Below, one piece after another: positions 25,101-39,237 of a stretch of DNA of 64,000 bases. The notes under the pieces were generated by a model. The model did no database searches, was not told the DNA's origin, and saw nothing but the letters and a program-made list of their open reading frames with translations. This DNA is from Lama glama (taxonomy: Eukaryota): contig CM052816.1 in NCBI GenBank assembly GCA_028534125.1, positions 18,602,001 through 18,666,000 of the forward strand, in the 5' to 3' direction. The stretch's first letter is position 1. Each line of letters begins with the position of its first letter. The translations under genes and the position numbers were made by a program.

Positions 25101-26074
25101 AAAGTGTGCTTAAGGTGGTTCTTTGCTTAAAAAATAATGCTGAAAAATATTCATGGAGAAGAGACAGGCAGAACACACACTAAAACCTTTCATAGTGGGA
25201 ATGTCACTAGTTTTTGCTTCTTTTTACTCTTCTAGGTTTCTGCATTGAATGTAGGTTACATTCCATGTGAAAACACACATATTAATAGTGCTTTATTGGG
25301 TTACCAGAAGTCCAGGGAAACAGCTGAAACCCATCTTTCTAGGAAGAAAAGAAAGAAGAAATGGCCAAGTGAGGGGAAACCACCCCCACACTCTAGGAAA
25401 CCAGTTCCCAGCTCCAGCCCATGGGAGGGAGGAGGGCCACTCCCCAGCCTGCCAGGCAGCGGGCCCAGGGTCACGCTGTGGCTGCTCGGGTTGGTTCAGG
25501 CTGCACACTGGCCCATTGTCCAACTGCGGCTCCGCGGCAGGCAATGAGAAGCAGATGGCCCTCCCCCTCCTCACACATCTCGGATGAAGGGCCTGATTGG
25601 AGCTGCTGAGCCCCCCAGGGCAATCTGCTTTTCATTTCATAAGCAGAGAAAAGCTGCAGAGGAAGGAGGGAGGGATGCTATCGTTTTCAGGGTGTCAGGG
25701 GAGTTGATGCAAGAATAATTCAATTCTCCCCTACTCTGAAAGGCAAGGCAGTCCAACGCGGCAGGATGCCTGCGAGCTGTAAACCTCAGCTTACCTCTCA
25801 CCACCTCCGGAGGAGGCAAGCCAATCCCAGAACCTGTGGCCTGGACCCTGAGGCTCCAGGCTCTTAGGGAAAGTGAGCTCAAAGCTTGTTCAGTCTGCAT
25901 TGTGTCAGGGAGCTAGAGAGGACATCACATTCAGCAGCCAATGGAATCACAAACCTGGGCAACTGGGGGTCACCATCCTGCCATCCTGCATGTGGGGCCC
26001 CTCCTTCCCCTAGCCTTGAGGCACTGTCCTTTCCTGGGTAGGAACACAGGATCTGGAGCTGTCCTGTCCAAGAT

Positions 26075-26280
26075 CTCATCCCAGCTTTCTGCTTATGTGC
26101 TGCGTGACCTTAGGTGAGCTACCTAAACTCTCTGAGCCTCTGTTGCCTCACCAGACAGATGGGCACGAAACGTGTGTGACTGCATAGGAAGCATGATGAC
26201 TGCAGGAGATAATCCATGGGAAGTGTCTACAGAGTGCTTGGCACATGTAAGTGCTCATTAGCTACTGGCTATTACCACTG
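26075..26280 (+). mobile_element. MIR SINE
   Basis: GTGACCTTAGGTGAGCTACCTAAACTCTCTGAGCCTC...GTGCTTGGCACATGTAAGTGCTCA. Confidence 0.75.
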
Positions 26281-27307
26281 TTCTAATGGCCAGATTCTCT
26301 GTGTCTCGTTTCCCTCCTCTTTACACCGTGGCATAATTTACAGGGTGACATGCTCTCCTGCATAATTTCTTCTCACAGCAGCAACTGTTTAAGTCTTTCC
26401 TTGAGGGTGATCTCTGCCTGTGCACCACATGGGGGCCCCCACCTCCAGACACTGATGATTTATGCTGTCTTTGGGATGATTCCAGATTATTGCATGTGAT
26501 CATTGTGTGACAGCCCAGCACCGCCCAGTGTTTTCCCTCATCAGGCAGTTGTGTAGTTGTGTAGCAGGGACAAAGGTCTCGAGAGCCACAGAATGGCTAC
26601 AGATAGGCCCAGTAAGGAAGTGCTGCCCTAAAGCCCTAAGATAAAGGAGAGGAGGAGAAGAAAGCCCAGAGAGGAGGGATGCAAAGGCAGGTCTATGAAG
26701 AAAGGGGTGGAGTGGTCCCTAGAGGAAGAGGAGTAAACAGGGGGCTATTGAACAGGTGTGAAGGTGGCTGCAGTTGGAGAAGACATCAGACAAGGGACAG
26801 AGTTTCAAATGCTCAGGAAGGAGAAACAGTTCAGTAGCCTTTTGGAGGTAGTGACAGAAAAGAAAGACCCTAAGAGAAAGATAGCATCCACATGAAAGTC
26901 TGAAAGAACAAGAATCATAAAGATACTTCCATGATGGACAAACAAATGATAGGTGCAGGGAAAGAAAAGAGTGAGGATTTGCCGCAGATTGTGTGGCAAT
27001 TGAGATTTTCGTTAAGAGATGACAAGTAACTGCATCAGGCAGGTCCAAATCAGGTATGGACGCACTGGACTGGCAGCCTTCCCTGAATGTGCTAATTTCA
27101 CTTATTTTTTCTCAAAAATAGCTTGTCAGGAGGGTGTGACAGAGTGACTTCTCTCAGTGAGCGGTGGGTAGTTCTATTTGACAGAAAATCATGGCTTTAC
27201 AGCAAGACAATCAATCTTCATGAAGGTTTTTGGATTGGGTCCTACAGCTCCATCTCACAGTGGTAACTGGATCGGGAGTCTGGCTAAGATGAGAGTCCTC
27301 AGAGAAC

Positions 27308-27873
27308 ACAACCCGAATGTCCACCAACAGATGAAGAGACAAGGAAAATGGAGTCTATACATACAGTGCAATATTATCCAGTCATAAAAAGAAGGAAATT
27401 CTGCCATTTTCAACAACATGGATGGACCTTGAGGGCATTATGCTAAGTGAAATAGGTCAGACAAAGAAAGACGAATACTGTATGATCTCACTTATATGTG
27501 GAATCTTGAAAAAAAGAAAAAGGAGAACCAAGCTCATAGATATACCAAATAGATTGGTGGTTGCCAGAGACAGGTGAAATGGGTGAAGGGAGTCAAAAGG
27601 TACAAACATCCAGTTATAAATAAGTCTTGGGGATCTCACATACAATATGGTGATAATAATTAATAATACTGTACTACAAACCTGGAAGTTGCTAAAAGAG
27701 TGAATCTTAAGAGTTCTGATCACAAGAAAAAAAATTTGTCACTGTGTATGTTGACAAATGTTAGCTAGACTTACTGTGGTGATCATTTCACAATACATGC
27801 AAATATTGAATCACTATGTAGTAAACCTGAAACTAATATAATGTTGTATGTTAATCACACTTCAGTTAAAAAA
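27308..27873 (+). mobile_element. 5'-truncated L1 3' end (L1MA9/10-like)
   Basis: CAACAACATGGATGGACCTTGAGGGCATTATGCTAAGTGAAATAGGTCAGACA...ACCTGAAACTAATATAATGTTGTATGT...AAAAAAA. Confidence 0.88.
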
Positions 27874-28242
27874 AGAGAGAAGGTGGCAGCAAGATTAACA
27901 GTGATGTCCTCCTTTTTATCAGCCAGGGATAGGCTAGGTTATGGAGCAGTACATGTGTGAGCAGCCCCATTGACTACACCAACCACTCATCCCATAACTT
28001 ACCCACCTGCTGTCCTGTAGCTGTCCCTCCCCATCCCTCTCAATGATTCTCAGTCACCTCTGCCCACATGGTCACTACAATCTTCAAATCACATTTTAGA
28101 CGAGATGACTGTTAACAGTGCTTCCAACTTGACTCCATAATCATAAAATAAGGGAAACACAGGGCAGACCCTCTGGGAGGACCTAGCCCAGAACCCCTCT
28201 CTTCACAGGTCAGAGAAACAGGGAGTCAAAAGAACAACCTCA

Positions 28243-28828
28243 TATGGTAGACAGAATCCTAAGATTGCCCCCAAGAATCTCATCCCCTGGTGTATACAAT
28301 GCCTGATCTCCTCCCTGGAACTCAAGGTGGCCTGTAAATAGGATGGATATCGCTCCAGTGATTATATTACTTTACACGGCAAAAGGGATTCTGTAAATGT
28401 AATTATGGTCCCTTGAGTCAACTGGGTAGGCCTGACTTAATCTGGAATGCCTGTGAAAGAGATGAAGCAGCAGCAGGCACTCCTGATCGCCTGCAAGAAA
28501 GCAAACTGCCATGCTGTGACAGCCTATGGAGGGGACCACACAGCTAGGATGTGGGGCAGCCTCTAGGTCAGCAAGGGACCTCCACCCTCTAACTGCAGGA
28601 CCTGAATTGTGCCAACACCATGAATGAGCTTGAGAGAGAACCCTGAGCTCCAAGTGAGAATAAAGCCCCAGTCAACACCTTGGTTTCAGCCTGGTGAGAC
28701 TCAGAGCTGAGAATCTAGCTAATGCATGCCCTGACTCCTGACCCACGAAAACCGTGAGATTAAAAAAAAAATGGTTTTAGCCACTAAGTTGGAACAAATT
28801 TGTTATGCAGCAATAGCACACTAATATA
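28243..28828 (+). mobile_element. MLT1E/F-type MaLR solo LTR
   Basis: Starts TATGGTAGACAGAATCCTAAGATTGCCCCCAAGA and ends TTTGTTATGCAGCAATAGCACACTAATA. Confidence 0.85.
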
Positions 28829-29539
28829 CCATGACAGTGGAAGATTCTGCAATTTCCAGCCCCGGGGCTGCTCTGCTGACCTCCACCACTGGGCATGCCT
28901 GTGCAGCTGGGGAGATAACCAGACTTCACCCTTGAAGCCACTAGGAAAACAAGCTCAAAAGCACACCCACCATTCTCTCTTTTCTTGCAGTCTCTGCTGC
29001 ATTCAAACCATCTCACACACCGGTGACAGGAGAAACTTTCAAAACACTGCTTTCACTCATGCCCTTCCCTTCTTGAAAATCTGCAGCAACTCAAGTCTTT
29101 TGCTTGGGGACAGCAATTCTGGCCTTCAGATCTCAATGTTCAAGGCCTTCCAGCCCTTTCTCTCCCTCTCACTGAACACAGACTCTCTAATTCAGGTCTG
29201 AGGGTATCTGTGTGGCCCCTCCCACCTGCCAGGATTGCTTCCTTCTGTGACCTTCCCCAGCCTGCTCCCAGGGGCACAACCCCTGTCTTCTGGTCCTCAC
29301 TCATCTGACGGGTCTGTAACATGCCACCCCTCCCTCATAAAAGAAAACTCCCCACAGTGAGTTCTGCCCACTGTACTGTCATTCCATCGCACCTGGCTCA
29401 ACTGCTAAACATTCTTGTAGTGGATTCCATCCAATAATAAACCTCCGCAAGTATCACCTCATTTAAATCTCTTTCAGCCAAGACTACCTCTAAAGGCAAT
29501 AACCATGGTCAGTCCAGGTGCTCCATCCAGACTCAGAAA

Positions 29540-30005
29540 AGGCATTTGTAGTCATAATACTCCTAACTGGAAACAACCAAAATGTCTGTTATCAGCTGAA
29601 GAGGGAAACAAATTTCTATTTCCATTCAAAAGACTCCTGCTCAGTTAAAAAAAAAGGAATAAATTATTTATAACATGCTATCATGTGGATGAATGTCAAA
29701 AGCATGCTGAATATAAGACACAAAGGTGTACATACTATATTATTTATTTATACAAAATCTAGAAAAAGCAAAATGAATCTATATTGACAGAAAGCAGATA
29801 AGTGGTTACCTGGGGCTGGGGTTGGGGGATGATGGCAAAGGGGCACAAGGGGACTGTTTGGGGGGATGGAAAATGTTCTGCATCTTGATTGTGGTGATGG
29901 CTCCATGAATGCAGACATTTGTCAAAACTCATCAAACTGTATACTTAAAATGGGTGCATTTTATCATTTGAAAATGACGCCTCAAAGTTGACTTAAAAAG
30001 AAAAA
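29540..30005 (+). mobile_element. Old L1 (L1MB/MC/MD-like) 3' end
   Basis: AACTGGAAACAACC...ACAGAAAGCAGATAAGTGGTTACCTGGGG...GTCAAAACTCATCAAACTGTATACTTAAAATGGGTGCATTTTAT. Confidence 0.8.
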
Positions 30006-30918
30006 CAATTTTATCTATTCCAAGGCAACTAAAGCTTTGCTGGAAAAGTCACAGGACATACCTTTGTGAAATGGAGATCTGCGTGTGAGTTGTAAAAAAA
30101 GAGCCCAGGAAAATGCCTACAGACTCCTACTCAGGCACTGGTCCCTAAGATGCAGGTAGAGTCATGACTCCCGGTTAGAAGAGCTCCCAGGCTGACAGCA
30201 AAGATGTGGCTTGAAAGGTGAGTTCATTGACTTAAGGAGGGATTGCTCAACAATGGAAGCCCAGGAGAGGGAGAGGAGGGCAAAAAGGGGCATGAGTTCA
30301 GGAAGAGAGGCCTGGATTTGGAGGTTCAAAGACTGTCCACCCACCAGATCTCCCCAGGTGGTGTGGTGGGTAGGGCTCTGGAAGAGACCTCAGCCTGGCC
30401 TGGAGGAAGAGCTCTGGGAACCAGCCCCACCACCTGGCTCTGAATCCAGACACTAGCCTGGTTATAGTCTGACTTCCAAGGGAGCCAGGTCCAGGGAAGG
30501 GGCTTGGGGTTTCCCACCAATGAAAGGCATCCCTGCCTGGACTAAGTGCCGGAGAAGGGGCCACAGCCCAGGTCGCGCTGTTTCTGATGGAGTCTGGCTA
30601 CCAGCCATGACCTCTTCTTCCTGCTATCACTCAGGACACCTCCTGCTAGATAAGAGGCTGGACCGGAAGGAGAAAGCAGCAGGGCTCCAGACCTGGAGAG
30701 AGTCAGATAAACAGAAAGCAGTCCCTTCTGTGGTTGGAAAGAGCTCTTACCTGAGCAACTCGCACCCTGACTGGAAAGAGGCGGAAACCAAGTTCCGAGG
30801 TCAGAAAAGAGAGAGTGCTCAAGGGCTCAGGCTGTGTGAAAAGCCTAGTGAAAAGCAGAGGCTTGGGATCCAGGCAGCAAGGAGGCAGAGGAGGAAGCCG
30901 TAAGCTCAACTGTGGCCA

Positions 30919-31566
30919 CGAGACAGGAGGGAAGGGGGCAGGGCACAGCCACTCAAGGAATGACACAGCAGTTAGCACCACGACGGCAGAGATTCAACTC
31001 CCAGCAGGCCTTGAGGCCCAAGATGGTGGAGATGTGCCTTCAGGTGGACCTTGAGCTTCATTATACACTCACTGTAACATATTAGCGTGGTGAATGACAC
31101 ACCCACAGGCGCTATGACAGTTCCCAAGCTGACTATAAAAGGTCAGAAAGTGGGCAGCGGCCCAATTCCTGGGAATCCCTGCCCCTTCCCCAAAGTAGTT
31201 GGAATAATCCTTCCACTTGTTATCACATGAAGTAACTGAGCCCATAAAAACTAACAACCCCACACCTTGTATCCCCTCTCCCCTGTGAGTGAGACGGACC
31301 ATGCTTAATGGAATGTATCTACTTTTACTTTAATCTGAGCACCCAACCCCTACACCTCTTTGTCTTTCTCTGGCCTTGTGAGACAGCCTGCACTCTGTCT
31401 ATGGAGTACGTATCTCTCTGAATAAATCTACCTTTACTCAACCTTGGTTCACTCTTGAATTCTTTCCTGTGTGAAGCCAATGACCCACATTGGCAGGGCA
31501 TACCCGAGGGACTCAACCGAGACCTAGGACATGGCCATCCTCTTGCCCCACATTTTTCCTGTATCA
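30919..31566 (+). mobile_element. ERV1 solo LTR, MER41-like (artiodactyl type)
   Basis: Inverted termini CGAGACAGG...CCTGTATCA; imperfect 4-bp TSD GCCA/GTCA; TATAAAA, AATAAA and the MER41-like phrases CACCCACAGGCGCTATGACAG and TTGAATTCTTTCCTGTGTGAAGCCAA. Confidence 0.75.
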
Positions 31567-31929
31567 GTCAGAGCAGCAGCAGAGACGAAAAGGGGAGGAG
31601 AGGGCTCTGGAAGAAAGGAAGGGGGAGACCAGCTCTGTGGGCTAGCTGGGGAGACACCAGGCCTGTTTGTACACATGGATGCCAGGGGGCCCCTCCACTG
31701 GACCAAAGCCCACACGTATCTCTTTTCCCCCTGAATCCCTGAACACTGCTCCATCAGAACCCCCAGCACCTCCCTGACCCATCAGCCATACCCCAGTAAC
31801 CCGACTCTGCTCTGCTCCCATAGGCCCGGGCTTGCCAGCTCCTCCTGAGGACGTTGCTGGAATTAACCTTCTACCACCCACTTGCTGAACCTCGTGGGGA
31901 GGCACCCAGTCACAGAGAAAGGAACCAAC

Positions 31930-32095
31930 ACATATTTAGTGTGTACCACCCTGGATGGGTTAACTGTGATTCTCATAACAAGGACGCTATCCTATCTCCA
32001 CTTTGCCGACAAAGAACCTGGGGCTCAGAGGGTTGACTTAATTAGGTCAAATCCAAACAGCTGGTGAGCGGCCAGCGGGGACTGAAACCTCCTTC
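31930..32095 (-). mobile_element. MIR fragment
   Basis: ATTCTCATAACA...CCACTTTGCCGACAAAGAACCTGGGGCTCAGAGGGTT. Confidence 0.55.
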
Positions 32096-32379
32096 CGTCT
32101 CCTCTGTATTGCTCCCAGGTGGACTTAACTACAAATCCATTCAAGTCATCTCCCTGATTAAAATACTTCACCAACTGCCCACTGCTTACAGGAGTGTTTT
32201 TCGATTTGTGCGTATGTGTGTGGTTATAGGCTATTTTCTCCAAAAATTGTTTATACAGAATGCTCACCAATTGTCCAGATAACTGCAGAGCTGACTCAGG
32301 GCACGTGGAGGTGAGGCCCAGCACCCTGCCTGCTTCCCTAGCTGACACCGTCACCTGAAGTCTCACCAGCATGCCAGTT

Positions 32380-32680
32380 TGTTTAATTCTCAACTCCTGA
32401 TCTGAGACCCGGCTTTTTCCTGCATCATCTATCTTAATGAGCGGTCAGACCATCCCCTCAGGAACCTGAGGGCTACCTTCTTCCCATCTGCTCCCTCACC
32501 TTCCATAAGTCATCAGCAAGTCCATTTGATTTACCTTCTGCATCTGTCTTGAACTAGCCTCTTGTTCTTCATCTGCACTGTGAACATCAAGCACTCAAGT
32601 ATTCTTACCTGGAATAGTGATATAGTCTCCCACTGCCACCCTTGTACCCTGACAGTCCATTCATTCCCCACACAGCAGTT
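32380..32680 (+). mobile_element. L2 fragment
   Basis: AGTCATCAGCAAGTCCATTTGATTTACCTT...TCTTACCTGGAATAGTGATATAGTCTCC. Confidence 0.55.
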
Positions 32681-35600
32681 GAGCTAACACAAAAACCCCA
32701 GCCCAAGAAGAGGGCCACTCAGACATAAAAACTTCCTGACATTTGAATGGCATTGCCACTCTCCTCTGCCCTCAATCAAATACGGTCATGTATTTTGTTC
32801 TTTTATTAAAAGAAAAAAAAACTTTTATAACCTTGAGATGAAACCATTAACCAAAAAGTTATCTGAGAGCCAAAAGAATGAATATGACCCATTCTTGAAT
32901 CATTGCGTGACCACTGAGTTTCACCAGCCGCAGAGCAGAGTTCATAGAATCTGCCCCTTCTCTTGACTGCGGCTGCTATAGAAATAACTTAACGTAAAAT
33001 ATTCAGATTACAAGGAACACATACATCTAAAGCACTCATGTTTCACTGACATAAAATAATAAATGTGGGTATGTGGACATCTGGTTGACAATATGATGTT
33101 CTAAGATCTAAAACAAATCTGATGATGTAATTAAATACCTATCATTCTACTTTTCCTTATATTTAGAACAAGATCCCTCTCAAAATCTATTTATACAAGG
33201 AGTTGGCCACATGGTCATATAAATCATGAGGATATCTGGAGCAGATGTCATTGGGCAGCTGGAATTCTGTTAGGACTGCATGTTAATGGAAAAATGACAT
33301 AGAGCAGACTTCCTACATGTTTCATGGATAGAGAATATAGCTACTTGAAAGGAATATTTATATTCTATACAGGCTGACCTTTAACCAACAAATGTGATTG
33401 CTTATTGTCTGGTCTCAGGTGAGCTGGACAGTCGGGGGTACAGGCATTTCCGGGCAGGAGGGGAGTGGGCCCCTGGGAGAAGGTTTTACGGTACCTTCTC
33501 TGTCAGTGTGCCGCCGTGCGCTCTTCCTCCTCTGCTGCTGACGGAGACGTTCCAGGGCCTTTTCACGGTAGCCTCGCAGCCTCAGGAACTTTTGTTTGGG
33601 AGGGAAGTGATAAATGACAGCTAAACCTGAAACGCCACCAATTAGAGAAAACAACTCTCTCCTGTGCACATTTCAAAGATTTCTGAAATCCTCTGTTTTG
33701 TTGGTGTTTACTCCTTTGTGTCTATATCCTCTGATTTCTATGTTTTGAACCCTGTTTGGAATAATTTTTCAAATTGCGATTTTCGAGGGCTGCAGCATGT
33801 CCTTCTGGAGACAGATGCCTGTGCTTTTGAGATAAAGGAGGTGATGTTCTGTTCCGTGTGGCCGGCCTCTGGCTCCCCTGCTTTTATTCCTCCCTTTCAA
33901 GTTACTGAGTGGAGTCCCACAGAGCTGTAGTCCAGATTTTCTTCTTTTTGTGTAACTTGGAAAACGAAGAATCTCCAACCTTCAACATGGGAGGTCTGGT
34001 GGATAAATGGATTAGGAAATGACTTAACCCAAACAATAACTCAGGTTTTCTGACACAGAATAAGGTTGTTTAACTCTGCTGATCCCAAGTTGGATTAGGT
34101 GTTCTGAATAACAGCAAACACCATCCTCAGTTGGGCAACTGTCTGTGATTTCAGGGGAGAGTTGGGGTGGGTGGGCAGAAGAAGAGGGACTGTACCAGGT
34201 CCCCCTGGGTACATGCTGGTGTTTTCGGGTGGGTGGATGCTGAGTATGCTTCTCTCCCTGCACTGAGCACCTGGGGGCCAAGGCCCCACCATTAGTGTTT
34301 GCACAGGAAGACTCTTGGGTTGGAAAGGCAGCCACAGACCCAGCACCTGGCTTAAGCCACCTAAGTAGCCTGGCTTCAGTCTGGCAAATGAATGACAGAC
34401 ACAGAAGAATGGCAAAAATGCCATAACTGAAAATCTTTGCTGATTGAGGTAACTATAAGGATCACTGAAAACAGAGTCGATGTTATCAACCTGTTTCATA
34501 GAGGGAGGCTTGTGCATGCCTATTAAGGTTCAGTGCCAAAGCTAGAACCTGTCATTCTATTGCTTCAGACATTCACTGAATGCTTACTTTGTACTAAACA
34601 CTTATGCTTAGTGATCATGTGACACCCCAATGAAGCAGATTTCCATGTTGTTTTCATCAGTGCAGCACAGTATTCATAATATATTGCTAGATAAAAAAAG
34701 CAATTTGAATCACAAAAAGAGGCACAGACTGTCAGAACATAAAACAAAGTATTAGCCATAGCTCTTTGGATAATTGGATAATGGGCAATTTTTATGTTTA
34801 TACAGCATTTAAATATATATATATACCACTACCTAGGATGTGTCTAACTCAGGCTACCAGGAAAAAGTCCTCCCAATGATGAGTCATGTACAATTAGCAA
34901 GGGCAGCATGTTATTTGTCGCTGTAATGACACAAATCTGTCGACTGGTCACTTGCTGCATGTGTCACTGGATGCTGGTTGATCTAGATTTCTAACTCTTA
35001 GGAAGCCCCCACACTTAGATCCTCTTAGATTTTTTCATACTTCCTTTGTAGTACGTAGTTCCTAGGTGGACAAGTATGGTTCAAGTCCCAGAGAACCCAT
35101 ATGTCAAGGCCTAATTTGTTTTGACGTTACTGTATGTGCAGGAAAACTGAATTGATGTCAGTTTCAAAGCCAACACAGAAACTAGACCTTCGGTTTTCCA
35201 CCAGAAAACTGCATCATGCTACTGCTTTTAATCTCTTTACTTGGGCCAAGTTTAGGTAAGTGACATCCACTCCAGGTCATTCCAAATGCACTGAGACATG
35301 CAGAGACATCTGCTGCTGGAACACTGAGGACTCCGATGAGTAGCACTGGGGATGCACCACTGGTGAGTGATGGCCACGCACTTGCTTCTTATAAATAATG
35401 ACTGCGTTAAGTAAGCTTTTTTGGATTTCATAGAAATGTTTCTATCTTAACATACTTGTGGAATTTGCAAGAAAAAACAATAAAAACATAATATCTGGTG
35501 AATTAGGGATTTCCAAAGGTCATCTAACTGCAGGGGAAAAGGCGTGTACTTGTTCTAAATGAAATTTGATGTTGTTATGAATCATGATACACCCCAAAGT

Positions 35601-36519
35601 CACCTGACACTTTGATAATTATCCATAGTCTGAGAAAGCCTGCCTCACTGTTGCTATAAAGTTCAAGTACAAAGTGTATGAATATTATTTTCACCTTGTA
35701 GTCCACCAGTGGAAAATACCAGTTTTGAATTTGGACCTGCTAAAGTGTACCTCTAAATTATGCTTTGATTATCTCAGCATAAATTTTCTTAACATGTTTG
35801 CTAAACAGGGTAACATTGCCATGGATACTTTCCACTGCCTTATAACTTCCCTCACACAATCTGGCACCTTCTTTCAAAGCAACCACATATGATACCAATT
35901 GAACCCATTAGCATGTCATTTGTTCTCATCATGGATGGGAAATCCAGAGAAAAAACTGCATAAAAATATGATGACGAGAGGAAACATAAAATGAGATGAG
36001 AAGGGCAAAGACCTGCAACTTGACAGAAAATGACTGAACCCTTTCTGAGCTCGTGTAGCCTCCACAGTTACTCTAATCAAAATCACCTCCTGTGGGAAGG
36101 GAGGGAAAAGACGGAGGTGGAGAGGCCACACTGAGCTGAGCTAGCTGACAGTGGGACAGGGAGAGGGGAGCAGGGGCGCCGAGAAGGTGGGAGATAGCCT
36201 TCCCTCTCCTCACTGATGAGGGAGCTAAGAGCCAGTGGCCCCTCTACGCCAGGGTGCCTACACAGAGGAGCCCTGCTCGGCTTCCAGCTTCTCCACACAC
36301 CTGAGCTGTGTCGGATAGAAACTTCTGCCCTGCAGTCACTCAGGAAGGTCTGTCTGGGAACTGACCACTCTGAATTCTGTGATGGGCTAACCAGAGAGGC
36401 CACCAGGACTGCTGACCTGCATCCAGATACTTTCCACTGGCCTGTGAGAGAGGCTGCGTGTGAGCACAGCACGGTACAGACAAGTGTTTCTGTCCTTTTG
36501 CTGCCTGTAGTCCCTCCTA

Positions 36520-37120
36520 AATGCCTCTGAAATCTGTCCGCTTCTCTCCATCTCTGCTGCTACCACTGCCACGTCCTCCTCCCTGCCCTTGTCGGCCATT
36601 CTCCAAACCATCCTCCTCCTTGCAGCCAGAGTCCTCTTCTCAAGATACAACCACGATTGTGGCTTTACTCTGCTTAAACCTTTCAGTGATTTATTCTAAC
36701 ATACTCCGAAGTCTCTCACGGGGGCTATGACATCCACGTGGTGGGCTTCTCCAATCCTCCCCACCATCCCCACCGCAGGCTCCTCTCACCCACATGTCCC
36801 TCCTCCTCCCTGGAGTGCCCTCCCTTCCCTGCCCTCGGTGCCGCCCCAGGGCCAGCCCCTCCCACGCCCCGCCCTTCGTCCTGGCCCTCAGCCTAGGCCA
36901 GGCTCCACTGGTGTTTGCTGTAACAGAACATGTCCTTTCCCTTCATGGCACTTACTACAGTTGGGGATGAGACAGTAAGCAACCAATCCCACTGTGGGGG
37001 CTATGGCTCCTCCACTGGAATATAAGCTCCATGAGGAAGAATTGCTTTTGATTCACTTCTTTATCCTGAGTTCCCCCGACAAGGCTTGGCACTCAGTAGG
37101 TGCTTGATAAACATTTGTAT
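36520..37120 (+). mobile_element. L2 3' end
   Basis: CTTCTCTCCATCTCTGCTGCTACCAC...CTGGAATATAAGCTCCATGAGG...TTGGCACTCAGTAGGTGCTTGATAAACATTTG. Confidence 0.75.
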
Positions 37121-38084
37121 TCTCTCAATTTACACCCACTAACCTAGTTAGAGAGCAACTTCCCAACCCCCACGGCCAGCCATAATGAGCACGTGACTTT
37201 CACCTCTGTTATCCTTGTCTTTCTCCTTTCAGACTTTACCTCCAAAGAGCTGACTTCATTAAATAAAAAAACAAACAGAAAAAGAAAAAGGGAAAAAACC
37301 CTAAGATAAATGCATTCTTTTATAGATGACTTTTTAAAATATAAGTCATGCTTAAAGAATAGGAGAAAAAACATGGTGTTATGTCTTTATCTCTGCTATC
37401 TTTATTTGCCCTCTTGAATTGACAATTTCTGGTCGATGTTTAACTGTTAGTCAGCAGGCTGAGACCACGTGGCCACACCAGATCACAGACAATTCAAAAT
37501 GGGCCCAGGTCAGAAACCAGGACTTAGTCAACAAAGATCCCTCTTCTACTAATGCTACCCGGAGCTGACTAGCCTCTCTGCCTGCACAGCCAGAGGGATC
37601 ACACAATTCTAAGCCAAGTACAAGTAAACAGGCCCTGAGGTGCCCTCCTTAGCCATCTACTTCTCAGGAGCCAAGGTGCTAGGACAATACACATCCTCTT
37701 AATGACAGTGAGAGACATGAAGGCTTAAAGTCACACGTGGCTACAGTAATACTACTACAAAGAGTTCTAATTGATATTAATGCACAAGAAGGAATCCCAG
37801 AGGATCTCAGCTTAGAAACTGCCTAGTAGATAAGCATACCGAAAGAGCAAGTATTTCTGTTCTAGGATTGGTTATAGGGAGCATATGTTGACTTTGTATC
37901 TTCATTTACAGAACATTTGGGGAACTGGGGGTGAGTCAGGAGCCCATCTTTTGATAAGTTAATTTGGAAATAGAGACATACAGAGAGTTGTCCAAGTTCT
38001 CAGAGCGAGCCAGAGGCAGAACCATGCCAGAGAACTCACTCTGGTCACAGCCAGTTCAGGGTTCCTTTGCTCAAGCCACAATTA

Positions 38085-38252
38085 CAAAAGGGTGTTACAA
38101 GTTGTGGTCCAGGGACCACCTACATCAAAATAAATCCAAAGAGTGTGTTGCAAACACTTTGACTCAAAAACCTCTGGGGATAGGACCCAGACATATGCAT
38201 GTTCAGCAACCTTATCAAGAATTCTGATGTCCACAAACATTTGAGAACCACA
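38085..38252 (+). mobile_element. MER5-type element
   Basis: GTGGTCCAGGGACCACCTACATCAAAAT...ACTCAAAAACCTCTGGGGATAGGACCC...GATGTCCACAAACATTTGAGAACCAC. Confidence 0.65.
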
Positions 38253-39237
38253 TAGCTGGACTTAAATTTTTGCCTTGACAGTTCACTTCTTTCCCAAGTT
38301 CATTCTTCAGTCTGCATCTGTGAGTTTTTGGGATAGGGAGGAAAAAGGATGTAGAATGAAACCCATGGTCTTCTTGAATGTCCCATTTGAAGTCACTGGT
38401 AACTTGAGTTGAGGAAAGGGACTTCTACATTATAAAGACTTGGGAGAGAGGAGTGTAATGTTAAAATTAGAGGGATAGGCATTCTTCTCAGTGGCCTCTG
38501 GTGGAACTATTCCAACCCACGGCTTACACTTAGAGTCTGAACAGACTTTTTACAGCCAAGGGGATCAAGCAGTGGAATCCAGGGCCTGCCAAGTGGAAGA
38601 AGATAGAAGTGATTCCCCTTGCTTTGGGTTGAGACACTGAAGAGCTACATCCCAGAAATAGAGGGAAAAAGAAGTAGGTAAGCCTTTTCAGGGACTACAA
38701 TGCATCTCAATCCTGGACTGAGCTTTTCTGAACTCATCCTGGCTTGCTGGGATGCTTAGGGGTCTGGCTAAAGCAAACACAATTCCTCTCTGCAGTTGTA
38801 ACATCATCTTAATACTCTAAGTATTTCTACAAAAATTTTTGTAAGTACAACGGCGAAAACAAGATAAAAAATAACTAGAGCCACTCAAAGACAAGAAAAT
38901 GTGAGCAAAAAACAATAGAGAGAAGAAACAGACCTGAAAAGGCTTCAAATTTGAGAATTACCACACAAACATTAAGGTAACTCTGCTATACATACACAAA
39001 GACCTGAAAGACAAGCTTGAGAATTTTTGCCAGAGAACGAAAATTATTTTTAAAAAAAGAATCAAATGTAAATTGGGGAAATTAAACATCTAATAACTGA
39101 ATTCAATAACTTAATGGATGGGTTTAACAACAGATTAGAGAAAACTGGTAAGATAGGTTGAATACTATATTTAAACTGTCATTTGTAGACCAGCAGCACT
39201 GATATAACCTGGGAGTGTTGCTTTTTTTTTTTAAACA

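Noticed and set aside
11697..27873. Large inverted repeat formed by 11697-12347 and 27308-27873
   Set aside because: These are two independent, diverged insertions of related L1 3' ends 15 kb apart, not one structure.
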